Shown here: one piece after another, positions 27,486 through 35,308 of the stretch
Layout of the letters: every line of letters starts with the position of its first letter
Position numbering within the stretch: the first letter of the stretch is position 1
Virus record (IMG/VR): IMGVR_UViG_3300035208_003115
Length of the DNA: 64,000 nt
Origin: a virus
Taxonomy: Duplodnaviria > Caudoviricetes
Reading direction: 5' to 3' (one strand)
Notes under the pieces: generated by a model
Database searches by the model: none
What the model saw: only the letters and a program-made list of their open reading frames with translations
Told to the model about the DNA's origin: nothing
Position numbers and translations under genes: made by a program

Positions 27486-27821
27486 ATGAAGAAATTCGAA
27501 GTAACCAAGGAGCATATCAAATTACTAAAGGAGATGTATGTATCTTGGTGGGACTGTGAGTTTGGGGCTCCCGCTATTGATCCCAAAAGACCTTATGGTA
27601 ATCGCGATGTTCTTCGGGATCTTGCCGAGACTGTATATGGGGCAAAAAATCTCAGATATAGTCGAGACGGAGAACTCCCTGAGTCGATAGAGATAAAGCT
27701 TTGTGACATTCACACAGAGATGAAGACAGTCTTACAGATACTAGTTAATAACTGTAGAATTAGCCCTGGGATGTACTGGACGAAAGATGATTCAGAAAGA
27801 GTTTGGGTAAGAGAGAAGTAA
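27486..27821 (+). CDS. hypothetical phage protein
   Basis: RBS; DPKRPYGN motif. Confidence 0.65.
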   Translation: MKKFEVTKEHIKLLKEMYVSWWDCEFGAPAIDPKRPYGNRDVLRDLAETVYGAKNLRYSRDGELPESIEIKLCDIHTEMKTVLQILVNNCRISPGMYWTKDDSERVWVREK

Positions 27822-27837
27822 AAGTAATCGAGTATAC

Positions 27838-27913
27838 GAGCCCTTCGTCTAAATGCTAAGGACGCCCGCCATAAGGCGGAGAAATGTTAGTTCGCAACTA
27901 GCAGGGCTCACCG
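27838..27913 (+). pseudogene. atypical tRNA with CAT-containing short loop, ending CCG
   Basis: GAGCCCT/AGGGCTC, D and T arms present. Confidence 0.55.
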
Positions 27914-27915
27914 AA

Positions 27916-28003
27916 GGAAGGGTGAACATGGGTACGTTAACCCCGCTCGAAACGGGACGGCCCCTTAAAAGGTTTACAGGTTCGAGTCCTGTCCCTTCCG
28001 CCA
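27916..28003 (+). tRNA. tRNA-Ser(CGA)
   Basis: loop ctCGAaa, V arm, G73, CCA. Confidence 0.88.
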
Positions 28004-28026
28004 TTGAGGAGTTATCAGCTGGACTA

Positions 28027-28114
28027 GGAAGGTTGACGGAACGGTAACGTGCCCGCTTGGAAAGCGGGAGCCTGGGTTAAACCGGAGCAAGTTCAACTCT
28101 TGCACCTTCCGCCA
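28027..28114 (+). tRNA. tRNA-Ser(GGA)
   Basis: cccgc-ttGGAaa-gcggg, V arm, CCA. Confidence 0.92.
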
Positions 28115-28174
28115 TTATGATTGCAAATACTATCATTAAGTGATAGGATATGCAAACGGAATAAAGGAACTAAA

Positions 28175-28414
28175 ATGTTAGTTAGCATTGTTCGTTGCCC
28201 GATGTCACATGCTGAATGGATAGTAGATGTACCGGCAATCCCTCAGCCCGGCGATGACATTCAGATGTGGGATCCTGGAGATCTAGCGCTTACAGGTGTG
28301 CCCGGGGGAAAGAATAAAACTATTAATCTTCAGGTTGAGTCAGTGATGTGGGTAGGACCACTGGAGCGCATGCCCCTCTCTTTGCATCCTACGATTCATT
28401 GTAGGGAGAAATAA
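28175..28414 (+). CDS. hypothetical protein
   Basis: ORF 28121..28414; ATG after AAGGA at 28175. Confidence 0.5.
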   Translation: MLVSIVRCPMSHAEWIVDVPAIPQPGDDIQMWDPGDLALTGVPGGKNKTINLQVESVMWVGPLERMPLSLHPTIHCREK

Positions 28415-28857
28415 TGATCTATGTAAAGATTGAGCTTTGGCCTTTCGGCGATAGAAATCAGCGCAAGACTTTAGGCGAGATGGTTATTGCCAACGATAGC
28501 TCAGGGTCTGCCACCAAGGGTAACTACAAGGTCTGGCACAAGACTGACCCAGAGAAGCTTTTAGATAATACTCAAAATCCTGGAGAGAGTTTATTGCTCC
28601 GATCTTGGCTCGGGGAAATGAAGCCCGATAGAGTAGAGGACTATCCTCGGAAGGCTGTAACAATCTGGCACTTGATTCGTAGGGCGATTGAAGCTGCTGG
28701 GTTTACCGGGAAGAAGCCATCCCTAAAAGAGATGGTAGTTGATGAAATGCTTAAACAGATATCTGTTCTGGTCAGCCCTGAGGCTGAAGAAGCACTTAAG
28801 AACGCTCATGTTTGTAAAAAGAATGGCGGATGTAAAAACGGAGAATGTGATAGGTGA
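28414..28857 (+). CDS. hypothetical protein
   Basis: ORF, translationally coupled. Confidence 0.6.
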   Translation: MIYVKIELWPFGDRNQRKTLGEMVIANDSSGSATKGNYKVWHKTDPEKLLDNTQNPGESLLLRSWLGEMKPDRVEDYPRKAVTIWHLIRRAIEAAGFTGKKPSLKEMVVDEMLKQISVLVSPEAEEALKNAHVCKKNGGCKNGECDR

Positions 28858-28934
28858 GCTCTCTTAGCTCAGCTGGTCAGAGCGCCTGCATGACATGCAG
28901 GAGGTCGCTGGTTCGAGCCCAGCAGAGAGCACCA
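28858..28934 (+). tRNA. tRNA-Val(GAC)
   Basis: cctgc-atGACat-gcagg, CCA. Confidence 0.93.
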
Positions 28935-28958
28935 TTCAGGCAATAAAATAAGCAGTAT

Positions 28959-29045
28959 GGATGGATCGCATAGCGGCAATTGCGGCGGGCTGTAGACCCG
29001 CTGGCCGTAAGGTCTACGTTGGTTCGAGTCCAACTCCATCCACCA
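28959..29045 (+). tRNA. tRNA-Tyr(GTA)
   Basis: gcggg-ctGTAga-cccgc, V arm, CCA. Confidence 0.93.
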
Positions 29046-29059
29046 TTTAGGAGATTGAA

Positions 29060-29284
29060 ATGGTCATGATGAAAACCGTAGATAACGTCTTATTCCTTCA
29101 TAAGGGTGAGACTATTGATGATTTGAAGATGATAGATAGGTGTCGGGCGAATATAATCATTGACTCAAATGGTCTAGTGCTTAAGAATAGGTATGGATAT
29201 GCTATTCCAGAGGTTGAGCTTAAGTTAAAGAAGCTACTACGGAAGCTGGGCAGGCCGGTAATGCGTCTCCTTGCTAAGGAGTAG
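29060..29284 (+). CDS. hypothetical protein overlapping tRNA-Ser(GCT)
   Basis: RBS AGGAG. Confidence 0.5.
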   Translation: MVMMKTVDNVLFLHKGETIDDLKMIDRCRANIIIDSNGLVLKNRYGYAIPEVELKLKKLLRKLGRPVMRLLAKE

Positions 29285-29328
29285 CCCGGGTAAAACTGGA
29301 GTAGGTTCAATTCCTACAGCTTCCGCCA
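29241..29328 (+). tRNA. tRNA-Ser(GCT)
   Basis: ctcc-ttGCTaa-ggag, V arm, G73, CCA. Confidence 0.88.
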
Positions 29329-29333
29329 TTAAT

Positions 29334-29407
29334 GTCCAGTTGGTCTAGAGGTTGGGCCTGGGCCTGCAAAGCCCAAGAGACTAGTTCGAGTCTAGTACTG
29401 GACTCCA
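29334..29407 (+). tRNA. tRNA-Cys(GCA)
   Basis: tgggc-ctGCAaa-gccca, U73, CCA. Confidence 0.92.
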
Positions 29408-29411
29408 AATT

Positions 29412-29645
29412 ATGGCATCACGAAAGATTTACCAACTTGAAGCTGAGGGAACCGATGTTCTTGCGGGCAGATGGTTTCCAATCACTGGCATTCAGGGGAG
29501 CTATAGCTACTGCCTAGGAGCTCTTTATATGGCGGATAGCTATTACCCTTGCCCTGCATATAGGATTCGTGATATATTTACTGGGGAGATTAAAGATCAG
29601 ACTCGGGGGCGAAGTGGAGTTAGTACAGGATTACAGACGTTCTAA
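29412..29645 (+). CDS. hypothetical protein
   Basis: ORF between tRNAs. Confidence 0.45.
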   Translation: MASRKIYQLEAEGTDVLAGRWFPITGIQGSYSYCLGALYMADSYYPCPAYRIRDIFTGEIKDQTRGRSGVSTGLQTF

Positions 29646-29647
29646 GT

Positions 29648-29682
29648 GGATCTGTGGCGTACTAGTGTGCGCGCCGCGCTGA
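29648..29682 (+). pseudogene. 5' half of a disrupted tRNA, probably Phe
   Basis: GGATCTG-TG-GCGT..GCGC-G-CCGCG-CT-GA, truncated in the anticodon just before the HNH promoter. Confidence 0.7.
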
Positions 29683-29713
29683 CTTCCGGGCGGACTTATG
29701 ATATAATAAAGAT

Positions 29714-30175
29714 ATGAAGAAGCCAACGTGGGAACCTAGCGAATTGATTGTAGCTGTTCGTACATCTAGAACTGTTTCGGATGTTTTGCGCAAACTTGGC
29801 CTGAAGGTTAGGCCTGGAAACTATACAACTATTCACAAGTATGTGAATAAGTTAGGAATAGACACTAGTCACTTTTTGGGATGTGCTCATGGAACGTCAG
29901 TTCCTGGCAATAAGCTTTCTACAGATTCAATTCTAAGAAAAGGGTCCTATTACCATAGTTCGGACTTAGGACCAAGGCTTATTAAAGAAGGGCTATTAAA
30001 TCCTGTCTGTTCTATTTGTGGTCTTAATAGTAATTGGAATGGCAAGAGCCTTAGATTAGTTCTAGATCACATTAATGGGACGCATACAGATAATCGTTTA
30101 TCTAATCTTCGACTTTTGTGCCCTAATTGCAATAGTCAAACAGATACATTTTGTAGAAGAAAAACGGACAGGTAG
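29714..30175 (+). CDS. HNH homing endonuclease
   Basis: CSICG..W....L.L.LDHING...DN.LSNLRLLCPNC.SQT; TATAAT at 29702. Confidence 0.92.
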   Translation: MKKPTWEPSELIVAVRTSRTVSDVLRKLGLKVRPGNYTTIHKYVNKLGIDTSHFLGCAHGTSVPGNKLSTDSILRKGSYYHSSDLGPRLIKEGLLNPVCSICGLNSNWNGKSLRLVLDHINGTHTDNRLSNLRLLCPNCNSQTDTFCRRKTDR

Positions 30176-30240
30176 CTCAATGGTAGAGCGGAGGTTTGAA
30201 GCGCCTCGCGTTGGGGGTCCGATTCCCTCCCTGTCCACCA
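30166..30240 (+). tRNA. tRNA-Phe(GAA), replacement copy
   Basis: gaggt-ttGAAgc-gcctc, CCA; contains the HNH stop codon. Confidence 0.88.
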
Positions 30241-30245
30241 TATAG

Positions 30246-30319
30246 GCGGGATTGGTTTAATGGTAGGACGGGACGCTTCCAACGTCCAGGTGTCGGTTCA
30301 ATTCCGTCATCCCGCTCCA
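30246..30319 (+). tRNA. tRNA-Gly(TCC)
   Basis: ggacg-ctTCCaa-cgtcc, U73, CCA. Confidence 0.93.
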
Positions 30320-30369
30320 TTTGAGGTTAGAATATGTCAAGTTTTTTAGCAAGAAAACTTGACTAGTTT

Positions 30370-30443
30370 GCGGGTTGGGTGTGGTAGTAGCATATGACAT
30401 TGCCAATGTTAAGGTACCGGAGCGTAACCGGTAACCCGCTCCA
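30370..30443 (+). tRNA. tRNA-Gly(GCC)
   Basis: tgaca-ttGCCaa-tgtta, atypical T loop, CCA. Confidence 0.82.
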
Positions 30444-30445
30444 AT

Positions 30446-30532
30446 CCCCTGGTGGTGGAATGTAGACGCGCGAGGCTCAAGCCCTCGTGGCTCGAAAGAG
30501 TCGTGTAGGTTCGAATCCTACCCGGGGGACCA
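30446..30532 (+). tRNA. tRNA-Leu(CAA)
   Basis: cgagg-ctCAAgc-cctcg, V arm, CCA. Confidence 0.9.
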
Positions 30533-30544
30533 ACTGAGGAACTT

Positions 30545-30949
30545 ATGAAATCTACTAAGGGTTTTGCAATTGAAATACAGGATAGTCTTGGTCTTAGTCA
30601 TCGTAGACAAGCTGAGGAGTTTGCTACCTGGTTTATAGGAGAGGTTACTGTCCGAAGTAATTGGAATCATTTGACCTGTGGCGGTCCGAGGCCTAGCGAT
30701 GATAAACATTGGCCTTTACAGCGTGGAGTTTATGGTCACGAAATCGGACACTCAGGTCTTGTATTCCGCAGAGCATGTAAGAACCAACGCATCTTTCAGA
30801 TCGTAAAAGCGGATGAGTTAGTATTGGCCGATTCTGGTTACACCTGTAAGTGCCCTTGCATTATGCATAGAGGCGGGCAGAAAGTAATCAATAAGTATGG
30901 CGATACAAGGTGCTCTAGGTTTTATACAACTGGAGTTCTAAAAGGATAG
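30545..30949 (+). CDS. hypothetical protein
   Basis: RBS GAGG. Confidence 0.5.
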   Translation: MKSTKGFAIEIQDSLGLSHRRQAEEFATWFIGEVTVRSNWNHLTCGGPRPSDDKHWPLQRGVYGHEIGHSGLVFRRACKNQRIFQIVKADELVLADSGYTCKCPCIMHRGGQKVINKYGDTRCSRFYTTGVLKG

Positions 30950-30976
30950 GGAAGTGGGGAGGCCGGTGCCTCGAGC
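30950..30976 (+). pseudogene. 5' half of disrupted tRNA-Ile(TAT)-like gene
   Basis: GGAAGTG pairs with CGCTTCC-ACCA (31543-31553); D arm GAGGC-CGGT-GCCTC. Confidence 0.7.
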
Positions 30977-31353
30977 TATAAATTATAGTGGGGATAATGT
31001 AGCTCCATATGGCAATTAGCGCATAGGAGTTTACATTTGAGACTTTCTTTTAAAAGTTCTTCTTTATTTCGGTTCATCAATGAATCGAGTCCTAGAGTAA
31101 ATCGCTTCTCTTTCGGGTCTTCATGATGGAAGGAAAGGGCAGATGCGTTTTTAGAATACCCACATATTTCGCATTTCCCTCCTTTATTTTGGATTAAGAA
31201 CTTTCGCATATCTATTCCTCTTTGCGCAGAAGTTCTTAAATAGTTTGGTTGAGAGTGATAGAAATGTTGACGACATTTGTCAGAGCAGTATTTCTTGCTC
31301 GGGTTGGGAGTTTCAAAAACTTTCTTACAGTCTGGACATGTTTTAGTATTCAT
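30976..31353 (-). CDS. HNH endonuclease with N-terminal Zn finger
   Basis: CPDC...YCSDKC; KCEICGY....AL.FHH.DP..K...KC.LLCANCH.E.H. Confidence 0.88.
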   Translation of the reverse strand: MNTKTCPDCKKVFETPNPSKKYCSDKCRQHFYHSQPNYLRTSAQRGIDMRKFLIQNKGGKCEICGYSKNASALSFHHEDPKEKRFTLGLDSLMNRNKEELLKESLKCKLLCANCHMELHYPHYNL

Positions 31354-31398
31354 GATAGGATTATAACATAGGTGTTTATATTTTTAAATATAAACAAT

Positions 31399-31490
31399 GG
31401 CCCCGTGGTCTAATGGTAAGACGAACGGTTTATACCCGTTGAGCCCTGGACTGGGGCGCAATCTCGGTTCGAATCCGGGCGGGGCTACCA
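31399..31490 (+). tRNA. tRNA-Ile(TAT) with long variable arm, replacement copy
   Basis: aacgg-ttTATac-ccgtt, V arm GCCCT-GGACT-GGGGC, CCA. Confidence 0.85.
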
Positions 31491-31491
31491 A

Positions 31492-31553
31492 TTTATAAAC
31501 GGTTGCCCTAGATTGGGGCCTAGATCCAGGATCGACACCTGGCGCTTCCACCA
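31492..31553 (+). pseudogene. 3' half of disrupted tRNA-Ile(TAT)-like gene
   Basis: TT-TAT-AA-ACGGTT, V arm GCCCT-AGATT-GGGGC, T arm CCAGG/CCTGG, ACCA. Confidence 0.75.
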
Positions 31554-31566
31554 AAATGAGGACGTA

Positions 31567-31881
31567 ATGAGTTTAGAGAAGAAGAATATTAGAGAGCAGT
31601 TTCGCAGGGAAGTTTTAATGCGCGATGGTCTCAAGTGTCGAATATGTGGCTTCTCTGATGGATCTTTTGATGCTCATCACATAACTCCTCGGGAAGATAT
31701 GCCTAATGGTGGATATGTTAAAGAGAATGGGATAACCTTATGCCCCGATTGCCATATTAAGGCTGAGGTTTCGGCCAAAGGAGAGATGGCGATTATTGGC
31801 TGGTGCCCCAAGGAACTTTACGATTTAATAAATTCTAGTTATGAGAAAGCCGTTGAGGCTTCAAATAAAATGCAGATGTAA
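31567..31881 (+). CDS. HNH endonuclease
   Basis: RD..KCRICG....AHHI......ENGITLCPDCH. Confidence 0.85.
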   Translation: MSLEKKNIREQFRREVLMRDGLKCRICGFSDGSFDAHHITPREDMPNGGYVKENGITLCPDCHIKAEVSAKGEMAIIGWCPKELYDLINSSYEKAVEASNKMQM

Positions 31882-31914
31882 GGCTCGTCTAATGGTTAGG
31901 GCGCTGGGTTGTGG
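31878..31914 (+). pseudogene. 5' half of disrupted tRNA-His(GTG)
   Basis: GTAAGGC-TC-GTCT-AATGGTT-AGGGC..CTGGG-TT-GTG-G, then AT-rich sequence. Confidence 0.7.
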
Positions 31915-31983
31915 TAATTTTTATGATTTCTTCAACGGTTAGAGAAACCATAAATAATAAATCAATTGAGGTAGTGCTTGTAT

Positions 31984-32058
31984 GGTAACTATAGTTTAGT
32001 GGAAGAACGGTAGGTTGTGGACCTATTCGCCGGAGTTCGATTCTCCGTAGTTACCCCA
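31984..32058 (+). tRNA. tRNA-His(GTG)
   Basis: G-1:C73, gtagg-ttGTGga-cctat, CCA. Confidence 0.92.
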
Positions 32059-32071
32059 TTAAGGAGTTGTT

Positions 32072-32449
32072 GTGGATCGTCCTAAATATGTAAATAAGTT
32101 TATAGAGTTGGCGAAAAAAGTTTCCCGTAATGGGATTCATCATCGCTATCTGGTTGGTGCTGTCCTGGTAAAAAATGGTCAACCCATTGCTTGGGGTTCC
32201 AATAATAATAAGACACATACCCTTATGATGGGGCAAACTCTTCATGCAGAGATCTCCTGCTTAATCGGTAAGAGATATCGTGACCTACATAACACGACAA
32301 TGTTTGTAGCAAGAACATCAAAGAAACACAATATCGTGGGTATGGCTCGCCCATGCCCTACTTGCCGTAGTATACTTACTAGCTTTGGAATCAAAGATGT
32401 ATATTTTACGGGCGAGAAAGGTATTGTAGATTACCTGAAATTGTGCTAG
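32072..32449 (+). CDS. Zn-dependent nucleoside/nucleotide deaminase (CDA/TadA superfamily)
   Basis: VGAVLVKNG, HAE, PCPTC. Confidence 0.88.
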   Translation: MDRPKYVNKFIELAKKVSRNGIHHRYLVGAVLVKNGQPIAWGSNNNKTHTLMMGQTLHAEISCLIGKRYRDLHNTTMFVARTSKKHNIVGMARPCPTCRSILTSFGIKDVYFTGEKGIVDYLKLC

Positions 32450-32472
32450 ATTAACCGAGCTAGGAGAGAACT

Positions 32473-32985
32473 ATGCCAATAGATTATTCCGCAGTTATAG
32501 AAGAGTTCATGAAATATGAGCTCGATCCAGCAAGACTCAAAGAATCAAATATTTATGGAAAGCTCCTAATGGTTCGCGAGAACATGGATCTTTCCTCTAC
32601 CGCTAGAGCCAAAGCCGCAGATGGTTTTGTCGCTGGAGCGATTGCTGTTATCGCTACCAAGGCTGGAACATGTAAATATTGGGAACGTAAGCTTAAGGAA
32701 GAAGTTAAACATCTGCGGATCGGGAAACGCATTCATTATAAAACAGTTCTACCCGACGGCATTGCCCGGATGAGTAAACAGTATAATGACTGGCTTGACG
32801 AACAGGTTAGTGCCGACGCTGAAGTAATTGAGTGCGAGAAGAAACAAGCTTTGGCGGAGTCTTCGAGAGCCTATTGGGAATTTTTATTAGAGGCTCTTAA
32901 GGAAATGGGTAAGCGCATTGATTCTGCCGGGATGCTGACCGCTGTTGAAGAGAAAAGAAACCCTCCGGTAGGACTCGGTAGCTAA
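32473..32985 (+). CDS. helical protein, possibly a UvsY-like recombination mediator
   Basis: coiled-coil pattern, upstream of recA; weak. Confidence 0.35.
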   Translation: MPIDYSAVIEEFMKYELDPARLKESNIYGKLLMVRENMDLSSTARAKAADGFVAGAIAVIATKAGTCKYWERKLKEEVKHLRIGKRIHYKTVLPDGIARMSKQYNDWLDEQVSADAEVIECEKKQALAESSRAYWEFLLEALKEMGKRIDSAGMLTAVEEKRNPPVGLGS

Positions 32986-33233
32986 TGCCTAACTTCAATT
33001 TTGAATGTAATAATAAGAAATGTGCCCATCAGTTTGATGAGATATTTCTTACTTTCAAGGACTATGAAGAACAGGGCCCTCCCAAATGTCCGAAATGCGG
33101 GAAAGATTCAACTCGTATTTACTGGATGATAAACGGAGAGTCAATGAATATTAGATATAAGGGCCTTCCTATGGGGGATGGTCCTTCTGCTGGGATTACA
33201 AGTCTAAGCAGTAGATATCCAAAGGGGAGATAA
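32985..33233 (+). CDS. FmdB-family Zn ribbon protein
   Basis: MP.F.FEC..C.HQF......CPKCG. Confidence 0.8.
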   Translation: MPNFNFECNNKKCAHQFDEIFLTFKDYEEQGPPKCPKCGKDSTRIYWMINGESMNIRYKGLPMGDGPSAGITSLSSRYPKGR

Positions 33234-33664
33234 TGACAGATAAGAACTATGAAATAATGGAGTTCCGCATTGTCGATAGGATGGAAGGAGTGGATCCCGC
33301 TCTTCTTAGCGATCCCTATTTCATGTTTAAACTGCTCTTGGAGGCAGCAGAACTTGCTGAAATGATCCCCCTAAATGCTAATATGCAGTTTTATCCTCGT
33401 GATCCCGAGAATCCACAATTTTTGGGGATATCTTATTATCTCACTGTATCAGCTTCCCACCTTGATATTCATACATACTCCAAAGAGGGTTTCTGTACTT
33501 TAACCGTAGCGGTCTGTAAGGAGATTGACAATGCCAGAAAAGCCTACGAGCACATCCGGGGAGCTCTTAAGCCAGCTCACTGCGAGCCAGTTGAGACAGC
33601 TCCAGAAAGACGTATCTCAGCTAACCCCCCTAAATCGAGACCTAAAAAGAGACGAAAAAGCTAG
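33233..33664 (+). CDS. S-adenosylmethionine decarboxylase-like proenzyme
   Basis: GIS...VSASHLDIHTY.KEG....V.VC resembles ESHxSIHTWPE. Confidence 0.65.
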   Translation: MTDKNYEIMEFRIVDRMEGVDPALLSDPYFMFKLLLEAAELAEMIPLNANMQFYPRDPENPQFLGISYYLTVSASHLDIHTYSKEGFCTLTVAVCKEIDNARKAYEHIRGALKPAHCEPVETAPERRISANPPKSRPKKRRKS

Positions 33665-34163
33665 ACAGGAATCTCTTAGGCTCTATGATGAATTTAAGGC
33701 TGGGTATGAGAAGGCCTTAGAGCAACATTCAATCGGATGTGTCGAGGATACGTTCGGAAATATAAACGTAGAAATTCCCGTTGAAAAGATTGATTCGCTC
33801 AAGGCTGCTCTTCAGAATCTTTGCGAGGAAACTTTATCAGAGTTTTTGCACCTATTGGTTCCTCTTGATACTGCCGAGTACTATAAAGGGGTAGAGAATC
33901 GTTTATTCGATATTAAGAAGAGACTACAGAATAGGCCTCTAACTATTGATGCGCTCCCAACTATTGCTTTTGATATAGCAACAAAAGGAGCGAATCCTGC
34001 TGTTTTAGAAGAATTCCAGTCTCTTTATAAGAGAGGAGTCGCCGAGGCGATAGAAGCTACGATTAAGGATATGGGTTCTTTCAATGAAACTATTGAACTT
34101 AGAAATGCGATGTTGACTTCTCTCATAAATTTAGGTACTATACAGTCTCAAGAAACCTGCTAG
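33525..34163 (+). CDS. hypothetical protein
   Basis: ORF; true start uncertain. Confidence 0.5.
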   Translation: MTMPEKPTSTSGELLSQLTASQLRQLQKDVSQLTPLNRDLKRDEKARQESLRLYDEFKAGYEKALEQHSIGCVEDTFGNINVEIPVEKIDSLKAALQNLCEETLSEFLHLLVPLDTAEYYKGVENRLFDIKKRLQNRPLTIDALPTIAFDIATKGANPAVLEEFQSLYKRGVAEAIEATIKDMGSFNETIELRNAMLTSLINLGTIQSQETC

Positions 34164-34174
34164 GAGGAAGTTAG

Positions 34175-35308
34175 ATGCCACGTGGAAGAAAGAAAAAGGA
34201 AGTAACGGAAGTTTTACAAACCGTAGGAACGCGGAATAAATCAAACGTTGTAAGTTCAGATGCTATGCGCGATCAGTTAGAGAAATCTGTTCTCAAAGAG
34301 TATGCACATCTCTTCAGCACCATGCCAGATAGACGGGATAATCTTTTTAAGCTAGATATCCCTGGCTTCAATTATATTCTTGGTGGTGGTCTTCCCCGCG
34401 GTCAAATCATTCATATCTATGGTCCCGAGGGAACCGGGAAAACTACACTAGCCATGCATATCATGGCGTCAATTCAAAAACAGGGAGGACGTGTTTATTG
34501 TCTCGACTCCGAAAACTCTATGGACTGCAATGTTGCTAAAAATATTGGCGTCAATGTCGATGAGGTTCGTTATTTAAAAGAGATGCCCAATGGGGAAACT
34601 GCTCTCGATATTGGAGAGAAGGCTATCCGAGCCAATTTATGCGACTGTTTAATCTTTGATTCGGTCGCGGCCTTAGTTCCCGAAGCAGTTAAAGAAGGGT
34701 CTAATCTCGATAAACATATCGGTGATAAAGCACGTATGATTTCTCAGGGCCTCGACAAGTTAAATAATGCCACGGTAAATTCTAATGCTGTTATCGTTTT
34801 TGTTAATCAGCTTCGAGCTAATATTAGTAAGATGCCGAATGCGCGGCAGTGGATTACGCCGGGAGGCAAGGCTTTACCGTTTTATGCTAATGTTAATATT
34901 CACGTTAGCAGGGTGGCTCCACTGAAAGAGGGCGAGAAAGTTATTGGTCAACAGGTAAAGTTAAAGGTAGAGAAGAATAAGATAGCTCCCCCAATGAGAG
35001 AGGTTATTTGTAACCTCATTTTCGGGCAGGGGTTCCGTAAGGATATGGATCTTATTTTATCTGCTAAGGATGCAGGGATTATCAAACAGAAGGGTAGTTG
35101 GATTGAATACAACGGAGAATCAATCGGTCAGGGATTGAACTCCGCAGTTGAATATGCAAAGACGCATGAGAACTTTCTACAAGAGCTGGAGGATAAATTA
35201 TATGGGGACATACCCGTTGCCACAGAACCAGAAACTGTTGCCAGTGAGGCCAACAACAGTTCTGAAGTTCAAAAACCTGAATCCGGAGACATCAGCGCAG
35301 ACGCTTAG
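34175..35308 (+). CDS. recA: RecA recombinase
   Basis: GGLPRG, GPEGTGKTT, DSVAALVP, NQLR, TPGGKAL.FYA, KNKIAPP. Confidence 0.95.
   Translation: MPRGRKKKEVTEVLQTVGTRNKSNVVSSDAMRDQLEKSVLKEYAHLFSTMPDRRDNLFKLDIPGFNYILGGGLPRGQIIHIYGPEGTGKTTLAMHIMASIQKQGGRVYCLDSENSMDCNVAKNIGVNVDEVRYLKEMPNGETALDIGEKAIRANLCDCLIFDSVAALVPEAVKEGSNLDKHIGDKARMISQGLDKLNNATVNSNAVIVFVNQLRANISKMPNARQWITPGGKALPFYANVNIHVSRVAPLKEGEKVIGQQVKLKVEKNKIAPPMREVICNLIFGQGFRKDMDLILSAKDAGIIKQKGSWIEYNGESIGQGLNSAVEYAKTHENFLQELEDKLYGDIPVATEPETVASEANNSSEVQKPESGDISADA

Noticed and set aside
20161-30709. Many short ORFs overlapping tRNAs (e.g. 22523-22786, 25033-25215, 25390-25689, 26127-26381, 27853-28047, 29332-29517)
   Set aside because: Shadow frames over tRNA genes without RBS or motifs.
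30950-31553. tmRNA or tRNA-Sec
   Set aside because: No G3:U70 or tag frame; anticodon is TAT, acceptor/T arrangement is 7/5, and the interior is an HNH gene plus another tRNA.
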